Source of the DNA: Promethearchaeota archaeon | GTDB lineage: Archaea > Asgardarchaeota > Lokiarchaeia > Sigyniarchaeales > SOKP01 | Direction: 5' to 3' | Assembly (NCBI GenBank): GCA_016839555.1 | Contig: JAEOUA010000006.1 | Coordinates: 64,001-128,000 of the forward strand | DNA: 64,000 bases | Shown: piece by piece, positions 18,866-29,563 of the stretch | Position numbering within the stretch: the first letter of the stretch is position 1 | Layout: each line of letters begins with the position of its first letter | Translations under genes and position numbers: made by a program | Notes under the pieces: generated by a model | The model's input: the letters and a program-made list of their open reading frames with translations, nothing else | What the model was told of the DNA's origin: nothing | Databases searched by the model: none

Positions 18866-20317
18866 ATGTATAAACCAATAAACAAATCTGTAAAGAAACA
18901 CCAGGTTCCAGAGTGGTTTCATGATGCAAAATTAGGGATTTTTGTTCACTGGGGATTATATTCCGTTCCAGCATTTGCAGTCACTGGTATGAATTTAATT
19001 GAAGTAATAAAACAAGAAGGTTTTGGGGGGCAATTCAAAAAAAATCCTTATGCTGAATGGTATTTGAATTCCCTTCGGATTTCCGATAGTCCTACCTACC
19101 ACTATCATAAAGAAACATTTGGAAAGGATTTTGCATATGAAGACTTTATTCCGATATTTAATGACGCAATAAAAAAGTGGAATCCAGAGGAGATGGCAGA
19201 AATTTTTAAAAAAGCGGGAGCTCAATACGTTGTCTTAGTTACAAAACATCACGATGGATTCTTGCTATGGCCTAGTAGATATCCTCATCCAAGAAAAGAA
19301 AGATACTACGCAAGCAGAGATATCGTAGGAGAACTTACTCACGCTGTAAAAGAATGCAATATGAAGATGGGATTTTATTATTCCGGCTCATTAGATTGGT
19401 CTTTTAATCCTAACCCTATAAAGGATGTAATTGACTTATTAACGAGCGGTTTAACGGATCAAGAATATATAGACTACGCAAATAATCATTGGTACGAATT
19501 AATCGACATTTATGAGCCGTTAATCCTTTGGAATGATATTGGATATCCCCCAGATACGGATGTATATGAAATCTTCGCATATTTCTATAATTCACATCCA
19601 AATGGAGTTATAAACGATCGTTGGAGTCAAATCAGTAAAAGATTGCGTAAAATCATAAAATTCAAACCATTTGCTACTATAATAAGAGAGGTTGCTAAGA
19701 GAAAATTTATGAAAGGGATTTCTGGAATGACTACAAAAATGCATTGTGATTTCAGAACACCAGAATATACGCATTTTAAAGAAATTAAACCATATAAATG
19801 GGAAAGCACTCGGGGTATTGGCAATTCTTTTGGATATAATAAATTCGAGAAAGAAGAGGATTATTTAACTTCTGAGGAGTTGATTCGAATGTTTGTGGAT
19901 ATTGTAAGTAAAAATGGTAATCTTCTCATTAATGTGGGTCCGAAAGCTGATGGAACTATTCCGGAATTGCAAAAAAAATGCTTATTAGACCTTGGTAAAT
20001 GGCTCGAAATAAATGGAGAAGCAATTTTCGGCACGCGTCCTTGGGATCATGCTGAATCAATTACAACGGAAGGAATATCAATTCGATATACCCAAAAAGA
20101 AGAATCTCTCTATGTCTTTATTTTAGAGAAACCGAAATCCAAGGAGATAATTATTATATCCTTACACATTCATTCAAATGCTAAGATTACATTGCTTGGA
20201 AATGATGAAACCCTTACATGGACTCAAAAAGGAAAAAATCTAGAAATTATATTACCTGAACACCTATCAGATTCTCCAGTATACACTTTAGCAATAAGTC
20301 CTCAATCGGAAAAATAG
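18866..20317 (+). CDS. Alpha-L-fucosidase (GH29)
   Basis: PEWFHDAKLGIFVHWG.YSVP, YAEWY, TKHHDGF.LW, LWND, VINDRW, WE..RG.G.SFGY, VSKNGNLLIN.GP. Confidence 0.93.
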   Translation: MYKPINKSVKKHQVPEWFHDAKLGIFVHWGLYSVPAFAVTGMNLIEVIKQEGFGGQFKKNPYAEWYLNSLRISDSPTYHYHKETFGKDFAYEDFIPIFNDAIKKWNPEEMAEIFKKAGAQYVVLVTKHHDGFLLWPSRYPHPRKERYYASRDIVGELTHAVKECNMKMGFYYSGSLDWSFNPNPIKDVIDLLTSGLTDQEYIDYANNHWYELIDIYEPLILWNDIGYPPDTDVYEIFAYFYNSHPNGVINDRWSQISKRLRKIIKFKPFATIIREVAKRKFMKGISGMTTKMHCDFRTPEYTHFKEIKPYKWESTRGIGNSFGYNKFEKEEDYLTSEELIRMFVDIVSKNGNLLINVGPKADGTIPELQKKCLLDLGKWLEINGEAIFGTRPWDHAESITTEGISIRYTQKEESLYVFILEKPKSKEIIIISLHIHSNAKITLLGNDETLTWTQKGKNLEIILPEHLSDSPVYTLAISPQSEK

Positions 20318-20399
20318 TATTATAAACATTGTTGAAGTTTACTGAAGAAACCATTATTTGTAATTAAAAGGATTTATCCGCTATTCCTTAAAATAAGAA

Positions 20400-20888
20400 T
20401 TATTCTTTAAAATTTATAGGTAATTCTTTCCAAAACTTACAACCCATACACTGAAGAATTTGCTTTCTTTCTCCTTTTTCATTAATCATGATTGTTTTTA
20501 CCATTTTTTCATTACATTTAGTACAAACGCCCATTATTTTTCTTGAAGTTAATGATTCTTTTTCTAAGCGGCGCAATTTTCTTATTCGTTCTATTCTTTT
20601 CTGAGCACTGGCAAGGTCATCATATAGCTCTACATAACTCACTTTAAAATTTCCATCAAAGCGTTTGGTATATCTATCTCTCTTTTCAATATGATCCTTA
20701 AGTCGTTTGGCGGGATTCTTTGCAGAATCGGTATAATAGAGAAAATCATTGCTTTCCTTTGTGAGAGCTTTTTTGTTCTTATAGCATTTTAATACATACA
20801 CGCAAGAATCATAAAGCTTAGAGAAGTTGGAATCAATTGAGATATTTTTAATTTTTTCCATATTATGTGTGAAACATATTCTATCCAA
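20400..20888 (-). CDS. GIY-YIG nuclease-like protein (UPF0213-like) with C-terminal Zn ribbon
   Basis: VYVLKC...YYT....P.KRL..H...YTK...Y.E; CTKC...CMGC. The Gly of YxG appears replaced (YYTD). Confidence 0.65.
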   Translation of the reverse strand: MDRICFTHNMEKIKNISIDSNFSKLYDSCVYVLKCYKNKKALTKESNDFLYYTDSAKNPAKRLKDHIEKRDRYTKRFDGNFKVSYVELYDDLASAQKRIERIRKLRRLEKESLTSRKIMGVCTKCNEKMVKTIMINEKGERKQILQCMGCKFWKELPINFKE

Positions 20889-20954
20889 AAATCAGTATAA
20901 TATGAAGATATTATGGGCTACATTATTATAATGAGAACACTTTAAATTCATTAT

Positions 20955-21083
20955 ATGACGACTGTAAAAAGTATTATTGATGATATAGGGATAAAAGCTT
21001 TTGAAAATAGCGTAAACATTGCTAGTTTGGCAGTTATCTCCGATTCAGGAGAATTAGTATACCAAACAACTAATATGGATTTA
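20955..21083 (+). pseudogene. N-terminal fragment of an Asgard profilin-like protein
   Basis: IIDD...IASLAVISDSGELVYQTTNMDL resembles the Loki-profilin N-terminal pattern (AII..DG..I.QT.NW.I); the rest of the ORF is low-complexity and overlaps the next gene. Confidence 0.45.
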
Positions 21084-21227
21084 ATTCATCTTTCAAGTTA
21101 TCTCAAGTTAAAGGCGATATTTTTCTTCAATTTTAGCAAAAAAATCATTAATTTAAACTTTTCCCATTTTCAAATTAAAATTTTTTTTCCTTTTTCAATA
21201 ATATCTAAGAATAAATGTTTCAAGTTT

Positions 21228-22295
21228 TTAATCATAAGCATTCACATCTCTCTGGGCAATAAAAAACCATCCGACCGTCTTCTCTAAGGTTTTAAAATCG
21301 ATACTCAATTTTAGTGGAATTTCTTCATCAAGATGGAGCGTTATTATGGAATTGTCTTCAAATAAAAAGGAGGAGACCTTTTTAAGATTGTCAATAGAGA
21401 TATAGACTTTAATTCTTTCTTTTATATCTTGAGAATTAAATTGTATCTTATGAATATCTTTATTTTCCCACCTAATATTTGTATTTCCTTCCTCATTATT
21501 ATCATAAAAATGTATGAAACTATTTGTTAGTTGAATTCCGATACCTTCAGAAAACCTACCCGCTTGAGATGTAATATGAAAGAATTTGTCCTTATCGAGA
21601 GAACAACACCCTTTATATTTCAGTTCGATTAATTCATCTAATATAATCTTATTTTCATAGTTGATTTTTACATCATTTATGTTTCTAGATATTTTAGACT
21701 TGAGAATGGGAGAAGATTGAATAATTTCAATTTTTTCTTCATTAAACCCAAAATTTGTGGTGATTTTCTCAGATTTATCACATTCCAGGCACTTTAATAA
21801 GGAGTCTAAATTAACGAGAAGATCTAATTGCTTGTTTAAGAAAAATTGACTATTATCACTTTTTAAAATAATATCAAATAGGTAAGTCTTAGCTTCGTTT
21901 GTTGTATAGGCGTGGATTTCATTATAAAGAATCCTAAAAACTATTTTATCATTAGATTCCCTTAGGGCTTTAAACACTTTAAATAACGAGTATCCATCTC
22001 TAAATTCTATTTCGCATAAATAAGTATGTTTCTTCCTTTCCTGTAGATAATTAAAAAGTTCTACTTTAAATCTGGCGATAGCTTCGCTTAAAATCTCGCT
22101 ACTGGTTGAAATATTTTTGAGTTTGATAAGTTCAGATATTCGATGGAACAAAAAATCCAAAATTTCTGAAGAAATTTGTGAATCTTCATCATTTAGAAGA
22201 ATGGGACTTATTTTTTCATAATCCTTTATCCAATCTGTTCTATTTATATTTAATAGATTTACGATCTTTTTTATCTGTTCATCGTGCCTACCCAA
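21228..22295 (-). CDS. Divergent PCNA-like sliding clamp with ~90-aa N-terminal extension
   Basis: C-terminal ~260 aa follow the PCNA pattern (F...F.AL, VNLDSL.K.L, Y.SIDNLKKV, L.L.EEIPLKL, WFFIAQR, equivalent to the YLAPR ending). Confidence 0.6.
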   Translation of the reverse strand: MGRHDEQIKKIVNLLNINRTDWIKDYEKISPILLNDEDSQISSEILDFLFHRISELIKLKNISTSSEILSEAIARFKVELFNYLQERKKHTYLCEIEFRDGYSLFKVFKALRESNDKIVFRILYNEIHAYTTNEAKTYLFDIILKSDNSQFFLNKQLDLLVNLDSLLKCLECDKSEKITTNFGFNEEKIEIIQSSPILKSKISRNINDVKINYENKIILDELIELKYKGCCSLDKDKFFHITSQAGRFSEGIGIQLTNSFIHFYDNNEEGNTNIRWENKDIHKIQFNSQDIKERIKVYISIDNLKKVSSFLFEDNSIITLHLDEEIPLKLSIDFKTLEKTVGWFFIAQRDVNAYD

Positions 22296-22556
22296 TTCGG
22301 CAAATCTTTCCCAGAGATCGACAGAATGATTATTAGGTTTTGTGATAGTATCATCTCTAAACTATATATTCTTAAAATTATCTACAACCAAGTTTAAATA
22401 CTAATAAGAAATTGTTAATTCGGCGATAAAAATAATAAATATTTAAGGTAGTATATAGATATATTAAAGTGATGATTAAATTAGATTCAGGGATTTATCC
22501 TTTCGATATTCTTAGATCCGACAATTATCTATTTAGCATCTACATCTAATCGAAGA

Positions 22557-25500
22557 GTGATTATAATGGAAGTAAGTAAAGAAACTAGGATGAGAATTAG
22601 TGAATATCTTAGCAAGATTAAATCAGCTAAGGATTTATTTGAACTTTTTAGGACTCTCAACTACCCAGAAGATATAGTTTTTGATATATCTGCTAAAAGA
22701 AAGAAGGAAACATTTGAATTTAGGAAAGATGACGATGAAAAAATTAAAGAGATATATTCAATACTAAGTATAGAAAATAAAACACATATTTTTCTCCTTG
22801 AGACTACCTCTATTGCGCCTTCCTTTATTAGAAGTGTGACAGCAACTTTCGATCGACAATATCTTAACTTTTTACTAATAATAACTCTTGATTATTCAGA
22901 AATAGTGTTTGTTTTTCCTAATCGTGAAAAGATTAATGGAGATCAGCATAAATTAAAATTAACGAAACTAATTATCAATACTACTGAAATTTATTATACG
23001 GATATTCAAACCATATCAACACTATTATATGAAGAAGGGATAAAGCGACGCCAGTTGTGGCGTCAATGGAAATCAGCATTTAGTGTGGAAAGAGTTACGA
23101 AGAACTTCTTTGATGATTATAAAAAAATTTTTTTCTTACTCAAAAATGAATTTTCTAATCAAGGAATTCCAAAAAAAGAATCACACGAATTTACGCTACA
23201 ATTACTCAATAGAATAATGTTTGTCTATTTTATATCAAAAAAACAGGGTTGGCTTAACACTAAGAGATTTATGAAATGGTTTTGGGAATCTTATAAAAAG
23301 CAAGAAAAATATGATAGTGATGAATTTTACGAAATTTGGTCAAAACAGTTATTCTTTAAGGCATTTAATAATCAATCGAATCTTTTATCTGACCTTCCAA
23401 GTGAAATAAAAAAGGAAATATCTAATTTCCCATTCCTTAATGGTGGATTATTTACTTCAAATGATCTAGATGCTTTAGAAATAAAAATTTCTGATAGATT
23501 ATATGAGAAAATCCATAAATTCTATGAGAAATACAACTTCACCATTAAAGAAGATATGCCTCTTGAAGAAGAAGTTGCTGTTGATCCCCAAATGATCGGA
23601 TATGTCTACGAATCCTTAGCTAATGTAGCCGAAGAGATCTATGACCGTCACGATTTAGGAATTTTTTATACTCCTCGAGTAGAAGTAGATTTTATGGCAA
23701 GAAGAGTATTAATTGAATATCTCTCAAAAAATCTTGAGAATATTCCAAAAGAAAAATTATACCATCTTATTTTTGATCCCCCTGAAGATAAAAAGAAAAT
23801 TATTAATGATTTTGATGAGAAAATCTGGCGTAGGATTGAAGAAATATTAGACAACTTATCCGCCGTCGATCCTGCTTGTGGTTCGGGTGCATTTCTTGTT
23901 GGATTACTTAATGTATTAACAGAATTGTACCATTTAATATATCAACAACTTAATCGAAAATCTACAGATTTTGAATTGAAGAAAAGAATTATTCAATATT
24001 CCCTTTATGGTGTTGATATAATGCCTTGGGCAATTCACGCTGCTGAATTGAGATTATGGTTACAGCTTATGGTCGAAACAGAATTAAAAAAAGAAGAGCT
24101 TAGAAAATACCCTCTATTGCCAAATCTAGATTTAAATTTAAGAATTGGTGATTCTTTAGTACAAGAAATTGGGGGACAATATTTTAATCTTAGAACTAGT
24201 GATTTAGAAGCTTCAATAAAAAAGAAATTATTAATTCTAAAGGATGAAAAACGAAATTATTTTGATAATTTGCCTAGAGCTAAATTTAAAACCCCATTAG
24301 AAATTAAGGAAGAAGAATTAAGATTGTTTGAAGAAATTATTGAAAGTCGCCTAAATATTTTAAAGAGAGAAATAACTAATTTAAAAAATAACATAAAAAG
24401 AGCAAAATCACAAAAAGATTTATATGGAAAAGTAATAGTTGATGAAAAGAAAGTAAAAGCATTACAAAAACAAATTGATGAAAAAGAAAGGTTTATTCTC
24501 GACTTAAATGAAATCAAGAGACTAATTGATATACCAGGGAAAAAACCATTTATTTGGGATATTGACTTTGCTGAAATATTTGGAGAAAAAAATGGTTTTG
24601 ATATTGTTATTGGTAATCCTCCATATGTTAAGCAAGATGATATTGCTCCATTTAATAAAATGAAATCTGAAATTACTTCAAAAGAAAAACAATTATATAA
24701 AGATAAACTTATAAAGTCTGTTATTAATCAATTTCCAGTGATAACCTCAATAGCAAAAAAATGTGATTATTTTATCTATTTCTATTTTCACGGATTAAGT
24801 TTGCTGAATGAAAAGGGAGCTTTTTGTTTCATTACATCTAATTCCTGGTTGGATGCTAAATATAGTAAAAGTCTTCAAGAATTTCTAATAAAATATGTCC
24901 CTATTATTGCAATTTATGATAATGCTAAAAGAACATTCAAACACGCTCTTGTAAATACTATAATTTCTGTTTTTGGATCACCATTAATCGTAGAAAGAAG
25001 AATTGCAGGTCTTAAAGTAATAAAAAAAAGGGACTGGAAGATGTTGGATTATACAGCTAAATTTGTGATGTTTAAAAAACCATTTGAAGAAGTTATAAAT
25101 ACAAAAAATCTACTATATATTGAAAAAATAGAATTAAAAGTTCAAGGCTCCGAAATCGTAGATATTATAGAAAATATCATCCGAACCGAAGATTATCGGG
25201 TATTTCCAATTACTCAAAAGAATCTTTTAGAAGAAGGATGGGTTTACCCTGATAATTATAAGAAAAGTGAAGGATTTTTCAAAAAAGGTTCTTACAATGG
25301 GGAAAAATGGGGAAAATACTTACGGGCTCCAGATATTTATTTTAATATTATAGAGAAGGGGAAAGAAAATCTTGTTCTACTCGATAAAATTGCTGTGGTT
25401 AATGAAGGAAGACCCACTGGAGCGAATAATTATTTTTTTATGCCTATTCAAATTGCTAAGAAATTTAATATAGAAAATGAGTTTTTATTGAACGGAATTA

Positions 25501-26201
25501 TGAAAACCAGAGGTAAGAGTTACTTTATAATAGATGAAGATATGATAGAGAGATATTTTCTACAGATTGACTCGGAAGAGAATGAAATTGAAGATAAAAA
25601 TGTAATGAAATATATTAAATATGGTGAGGAAAATGTATTACCAAAAAGCAAAACACTGAAATCTAAAAATATATGGTGGAAATTTACAAATAGAGATGCT
25701 GCAGATTTATTAGCTCCGTGTGGTTATGGTAAAACAACCTTTTGTGCTATAAATAAAGCAAAAGCAGTAACAAGTAATAGTTATGTAGAAATAAGACTAG
25801 TTGATAAAGATTATTTAACCCCTCTATTTTATTTCTTGAATTCTGCTATTGGGTGGTTATTTTTGGAAATAATTGGAAGACATTCTCTTGGGGGTGGTAT
25901 GTTAAAAGTAGATCCAATAGAATATCGTCAATTATTGGTTTTAAAAAAAGAGCTATTTCAAGAACAAACTATCCCGCCAAATCGTAAAATAAAATCAGTT
26001 TTTATCGAATGTGGATTTAATCCTTCTAAACCAATAAGAGAGCAAATACCTAATCCAATTAATGAAAGGCATATTATAGATGATATTATTTTTGAAAAAC
26101 TTAAATTAAACGAAGAAGAAAGAAATGAAGTTTATTGGAGCGTTTGTGAACTAATAAAACAAAGAACTGATAAAGCTAAAAGTCTTAAAAAAAATAAATA
26201 A
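22557..26201 (+). CDS. Large N6-adenine DNA methyltransferase (Eco57I/Type IIG-like) with C-terminal target recognition region
   Basis: FLNGGLF, DP.MIG.VYE, G.FYTPR, DPACGSGAF, FDIVIGNPPYV, FITSNSWLD. Confidence 0.9.
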   Translation: MIIMEVSKETRMRISEYLSKIKSAKDLFELFRTLNYPEDIVFDISAKRKKETFEFRKDDDEKIKEIYSILSIENKTHIFLLETTSIAPSFIRSVTATFDRQYLNFLLIITLDYSEIVFVFPNREKINGDQHKLKLTKLIINTTEIYYTDIQTISTLLYEEGIKRRQLWRQWKSAFSVERVTKNFFDDYKKIFFLLKNEFSNQGIPKKESHEFTLQLLNRIMFVYFISKKQGWLNTKRFMKWFWESYKKQEKYDSDEFYEIWSKQLFFKAFNNQSNLLSDLPSEIKKEISNFPFLNGGLFTSNDLDALEIKISDRLYEKIHKFYEKYNFTIKEDMPLEEEVAVDPQMIGYVYESLANVAEEIYDRHDLGIFYTPRVEVDFMARRVLIEYLSKNLENIPKEKLYHLIFDPPEDKKKIINDFDEKIWRRIEEILDNLSAVDPACGSGAFLVGLLNVLTELYHLIYQQLNRKSTDFELKKRIIQYSLYGVDIMPWAIHAAELRLWLQLMVETELKKEELRKYPLLPNLDLNLRIGDSLVQEIGGQYFNLRTSDLEASIKKKLLILKDEKRNYFDNLPRAKFKTPLEIKEEELRLFEEIIESRLNILKREITNLKNNIKRAKSQKDLYGKVIVDEKKVKALQKQIDEKERFILDLNEIKRLIDIPGKKPFIWDIDFAEIFGEKNGFDIVIGNPPYVKQDDIAPFNKMKSEITSKEKQLYKDKLIKSVINQFPVITSIAKKCDYFIYFYFHGLSLLNEKGAFCFITSNSWLDAKYSKSLQEFLIKYVPIIAIYDNAKRTFKHALVNTIISVFGSPLIVERRIAGLKVIKKRDWKMLDYTAKFVMFKKPFEEVINTKNLLYIEKIELKVQGSEIVDIIENIIRTEDYRVFPITQKNLLEEGWVYPDNYKKSEGFFKKGSYNGEKWGKYLRAPDIYFNIIEKGKENLVLLDKIAVVNEGRPTGANNYFFMPIQIAKKFNIENEFLLNGIMKTRGKSYFIIDEDMIERYFLQIDSEENEIEDKNVMKYIKYGEENVLPKSKTLKSKNIWWKFTNRDAADLLAPCGYGKTTFCAINKAKAVTSNSYVEIRLVDKDYLTPLFYFLNSAIGWLFLEIIGRHSLGGGMLKVDPIEYRQLLVLKKELFQEQTIPPNRKIKSVFIECGFNPSKPIREQIPNPINERHIIDDIIFEKLKLNEEERNEVYWSVCELIKQRTDKAKSLKKNK

Positions 26202-26207
26202 TAATGG

Positions 26208-29200
26208 ATGAGAGATATGATACCAAAAGAGTTTATTGATAATAGCGATGGTAATAAATTACACGATTTTTTAAATGAAATTCTAAAGTATTGTCCTAAA
26301 ACTTCAGTAGATATTGCTACGGCATTCTTCAATATTGATGCCTATACGATGATACGGAAAAATCTTGAAGAAATTTCACGATTTAGATTATTATTAGGAA
26401 AACCACCTATGATAAACATTAAAACGACATTAGGCGATTTTCTTCTGAAACAAGTCAGAGAAGAGATTGAAGGATTCGATTTAACAAGAGAAATCGACGA
26501 AGATATGAAACATTTCAGAAATTTTTTGCAAAAGGACATAGTGGAAGTGAAATTATTTAAAAATTTTTTACACGGTAAAGCTTATATTTTTGACAATAGC
26601 GTAATTGTGGGGTCTTCCAATTTTACTTCAGCAGGGTTAACTCGTGAAGGCGAATTAAACACCGTCCGATTAGAAGCTCAAGCAGATGCAATTCGTTCGA
26701 AATGGTTTGAAAAATTCTGGAATTTGTCTGACGATTTTAAAAATGATTTAATAGAATTAATTGAAAATTCTAGGTTCGGGAGCCGTGAATATACTCCCTA
26801 TGAAATCTTCATTAAAACATTGTACGAATTCCAGAAAGAAGAGTTGATGGAAGAAGAGAAAGATGAAGAAACGGGGTTACCCAAAACTAAAGTTAATCTT
26901 GCCGAGTTTCAAGACGATGCGATCGCCAGAATATGGTCGAGATTGAAAAAATATAACGGATGCATCGTTGCCGATTCGGTCGGGTTAGGAAAGACTTGGA
27001 TTGCGAAAAAAATACTCGAAAAAATTGGTTATTACGAGAGGAAGAATATCTTAGTTATCTGCCCTGCTCAATTACGGCATATGTGGCGAAAGGAGCTGAA
27101 AAGCATCGATGTAAAGGAAAATATACTCTCTCAAGAGCAATTGGCGATGGATGATTTTTTGGAAAAAGCTTTGGATGTTCTAGGAGGCAGAACAGACGAT
27201 TTGGAATTGATTGTCATTGACGAAAGCCATAACTTCAGGAATCCATTATCAAATCGATGGGAAAATTTGTTTACCTTAATCAACGATCACATCGTAAAGG
27301 AAGATGTGCGCCCTAATATGCTGTTCCTTACAGCTACGCCCATTAATAATACCCCTTGGGACTTATTCTGGCAAGTTATGCTTATAACCTTGAGCGATAA
27401 TAGTGCATTCATCAAAGAAAATATCTTAGATTTGTTCTCTTTCTTCAAAAAAGCAACTTTAAATTCATCTATCCTAAATGATCTGCTCAATGAAATCTCA
27501 ATCAGAAGAACGAGAGATTATATCGTGAAAAACTACCCCGATGCGTATATAATGGTACCGAATTCTGAAGGTGTTTTGGAAGAAAAGAAAATAATCTTTC
27601 CAGACAGACTTTTGGAAAACATTAATTATAATTTAGATGTGGCTTACGAGGGGATGTATCGTCAAATAGCCGATACAATTTCGGACAAGCTAAAAATGGC
27701 ATATTATCAGCTATTAGAATATAAAAAAGAAGGTGTTCTTACCGACGCTGAAAAGCTGGCGTTAGGGCGGATGATCGGAATTGGGGGAATTTTTAAGACG
27801 ATTCTTCTCAAACGGTTGGAAAGCAGCGTTGAATCGTTTAGAATTAGTATTGATCGCCACATAACATTCTTGGAAAAGCTCAAGAAATATTTAGAAATGG
27901 GAAGGCTCCTAACCAAGAAATCTTTTCACAAATATGTCTTAAGTATAGATGAAGAATTAACCGTCGAAGAATTAAAGGAAGAACTGGAAAATTTCGATAA
28001 GGATAAATACAAAATAAAAGAACTTTTCGATGGTATAGATCTTGATATTCGATACTTATCGGACATTCTTGATAAAGTTAAAAACATAACCCCCGATAAA
28101 GATGCTAAATTCACGGTCCTGAAAGAAAAGCTACTTGAATTATCCAAAGAGGGACAAATTGTCGTTTTCACCTACTATGCAGACACATTAAATTATATTT
28201 ACAGAGAAATATTAAAAGATACCCGTTTTTCTCACTTAAATATAGAAGCAATATCCAGTACGGGTGAATCCAACAAAACGCCCAAGCAACGAACCAAAAT
28301 AATCGACGATTTTTTTGACAAGAAGATTGACATTATTTTAAGCACTGATGTATTATCTGAGGGGCAAAATCTTCAAACTGCAAAATATCTGATTAATTAC
28401 GACCTGCATTGGAACCCCACTCGTATGATTCAGAGAGCGGGAAGAATAGACCGAATCGGTTCCCCCTTCAATGAAATTTTCGTCTACAATTTCTTTCCAG
28501 AAGAAGAGCTGGAAGAACTTTTAAAGTTGGTCCAAATACTCCAAAATAAAATAGCAGACATCGATAAATCGGTTGGCTTAGATCAGACCGTTTTGGGGGA
28601 AGAAATACATCCCAAAGTGTTCGGAATAATTCGTCGGATTAGAGAAAAGGACGCCGATACATTGGACGAATTGGAAGCAGACACTTACGGCGGCGGAGAG
28701 AGTTTTTACCAACCTCTGAAAGATTTCTTAAAGACATCGGCGATTGAGAAATTAGAAGCGATTCCGAACGGTTTGTATAGTGGACTGGAAAAAACCAAGA
28801 GAATTAAAGGAATTTTCTTTTATTATAAGTATGCAAAGGATTTTCACTTTTGGTATTTATACGATATCGTGAGTAATACTATAATAACCAATAAAACGGA
28901 GATTCTCGAATATATCCAGTGCGACCAGACCGAACCCAGAGTAATTCCAGATTTTTTTGAAAAAGTATATGAAATTAACAAGGCGATATTAGAGAAAATA
29001 GAAAGAGATTATAGCGAGATTGAATTGAGCCAGACGCAAGATTCTAAACTTAAAGATATAAGCAGACAAAGATCTACCCGTTTCTTGAAAAAGTTAATGG
29101 ATGAAGTAGAATTGCAATTGGACGATTATTTAGATAAGTATCCCACGGATGACGATATCGAGAAAGAATGGGAAGAAGTAGAGGATCTTTTAGTATCCAC

Positions 29201-29390
29201 GCCTCAGACTAAAAAAAGATTGCAAGTCTTACGGAAAATTTGGAGAAAATACAAAAATAATCGAAATTGGAAAGTCTTAATAAGAGATTTAAAAGGGTTC
29301 CTTATCGGAAAAGGTGCTATTAAGAAGGAACCCTTAAAACCTTTTGATAAAACTAAATTAAAATTGATTACTTTAGATTTTATTTCCTAA
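26208..29390 (+). CDS. PLD-nuclease domain fused to SNF2-type helicase
   Basis: LHGKAYIFD...VGSSNFT (HKD), ADSVGLGKT, IDESHNFRN, TATP.NN, SEGQNLQ, NYDLHWNP...QRAGRIDRIG; 6 bp after the MTase. Confidence 0.9.
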   Translation: MRDMIPKEFIDNSDGNKLHDFLNEILKYCPKTSVDIATAFFNIDAYTMIRKNLEEISRFRLLLGKPPMINIKTTLGDFLLKQVREEIEGFDLTREIDEDMKHFRNFLQKDIVEVKLFKNFLHGKAYIFDNSVIVGSSNFTSAGLTREGELNTVRLEAQADAIRSKWFEKFWNLSDDFKNDLIELIENSRFGSREYTPYEIFIKTLYEFQKEELMEEEKDEETGLPKTKVNLAEFQDDAIARIWSRLKKYNGCIVADSVGLGKTWIAKKILEKIGYYERKNILVICPAQLRHMWRKELKSIDVKENILSQEQLAMDDFLEKALDVLGGRTDDLELIVIDESHNFRNPLSNRWENLFTLINDHIVKEDVRPNMLFLTATPINNTPWDLFWQVMLITLSDNSAFIKENILDLFSFFKKATLNSSILNDLLNEISIRRTRDYIVKNYPDAYIMVPNSEGVLEEKKIIFPDRLLENINYNLDVAYEGMYRQIADTISDKLKMAYYQLLEYKKEGVLTDAEKLALGRMIGIGGIFKTILLKRLESSVESFRISIDRHITFLEKLKKYLEMGRLLTKKSFHKYVLSIDEELTVEELKEELENFDKDKYKIKELFDGIDLDIRYLSDILDKVKNITPDKDAKFTVLKEKLLELSKEGQIVVFTYYADTLNYIYREILKDTRFSHLNIEAISSTGESNKTPKQRTKIIDDFFDKKIDIILSTDVLSEGQNLQTAKYLINYDLHWNPTRMIQRAGRIDRIGSPFNEIFVYNFFPEEELEELLKLVQILQNKIADIDKSVGLDQTVLGEEIHPKVFGIIRRIREKDADTLDELEADTYGGGESFYQPLKDFLKTSAIEKLEAIPNGLYSGLEKTKRIKGIFFYYKYAKDFHFWYLYDIVSNTIITNKTEILEYIQCDQTEPRVIPDFFEKVYEINKAILEKIERDYSEIELSQTQDSKLKDISRQRSTRFLKKLMDEVELQLDDYLDKYPTDDDIEKEWEEVEDLLVSTPQTKKRLQVLRKIWRKYKNNRNWKVLIRDLKGFLIGKGAIKKEPLKPFDKTKLKLITLDFIS

Positions 29391-29405
29391 TTTTATTTAT
29401 ATTTT

Positions 29406-29534
29406 CTATTTTTTTCCTCTACTTTTATCGGCAACACTCTGAGCTCTACTCTTAAATCCTTGATTCTTACCAGTCTTATCTGCGTGAGATTCTATTCTGC
29501 GTGCTGCCTTAGATGTCATCTGTTTTTTACCCAT
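29406..29534 (-). CDS. 42-aa small basic protein, SMP/LEA-like
   Basis: Absent from the track: MGKKQMTSKAARRIESHADKTGKNQGFKSRAQSVADKSRGKK, preceded by a strong SD-like GGGGGTGA; MT..AA.RI.S...F..RAQS.A pattern. Confidence 0.65.
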   Translation of the reverse strand: MGKKQMTSKAARRIESHADKTGKNQGFKSRAQSVADKSRGKK

Positions 29535-29563
29535 ATATTTCACCCCCTTAAAGTGTAATTTTG

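Noticed and set aside
22557-29390. Complete BREX or DISARM system
   Set aside because: No pglZ/brxC or drmA/drmB genes nearby
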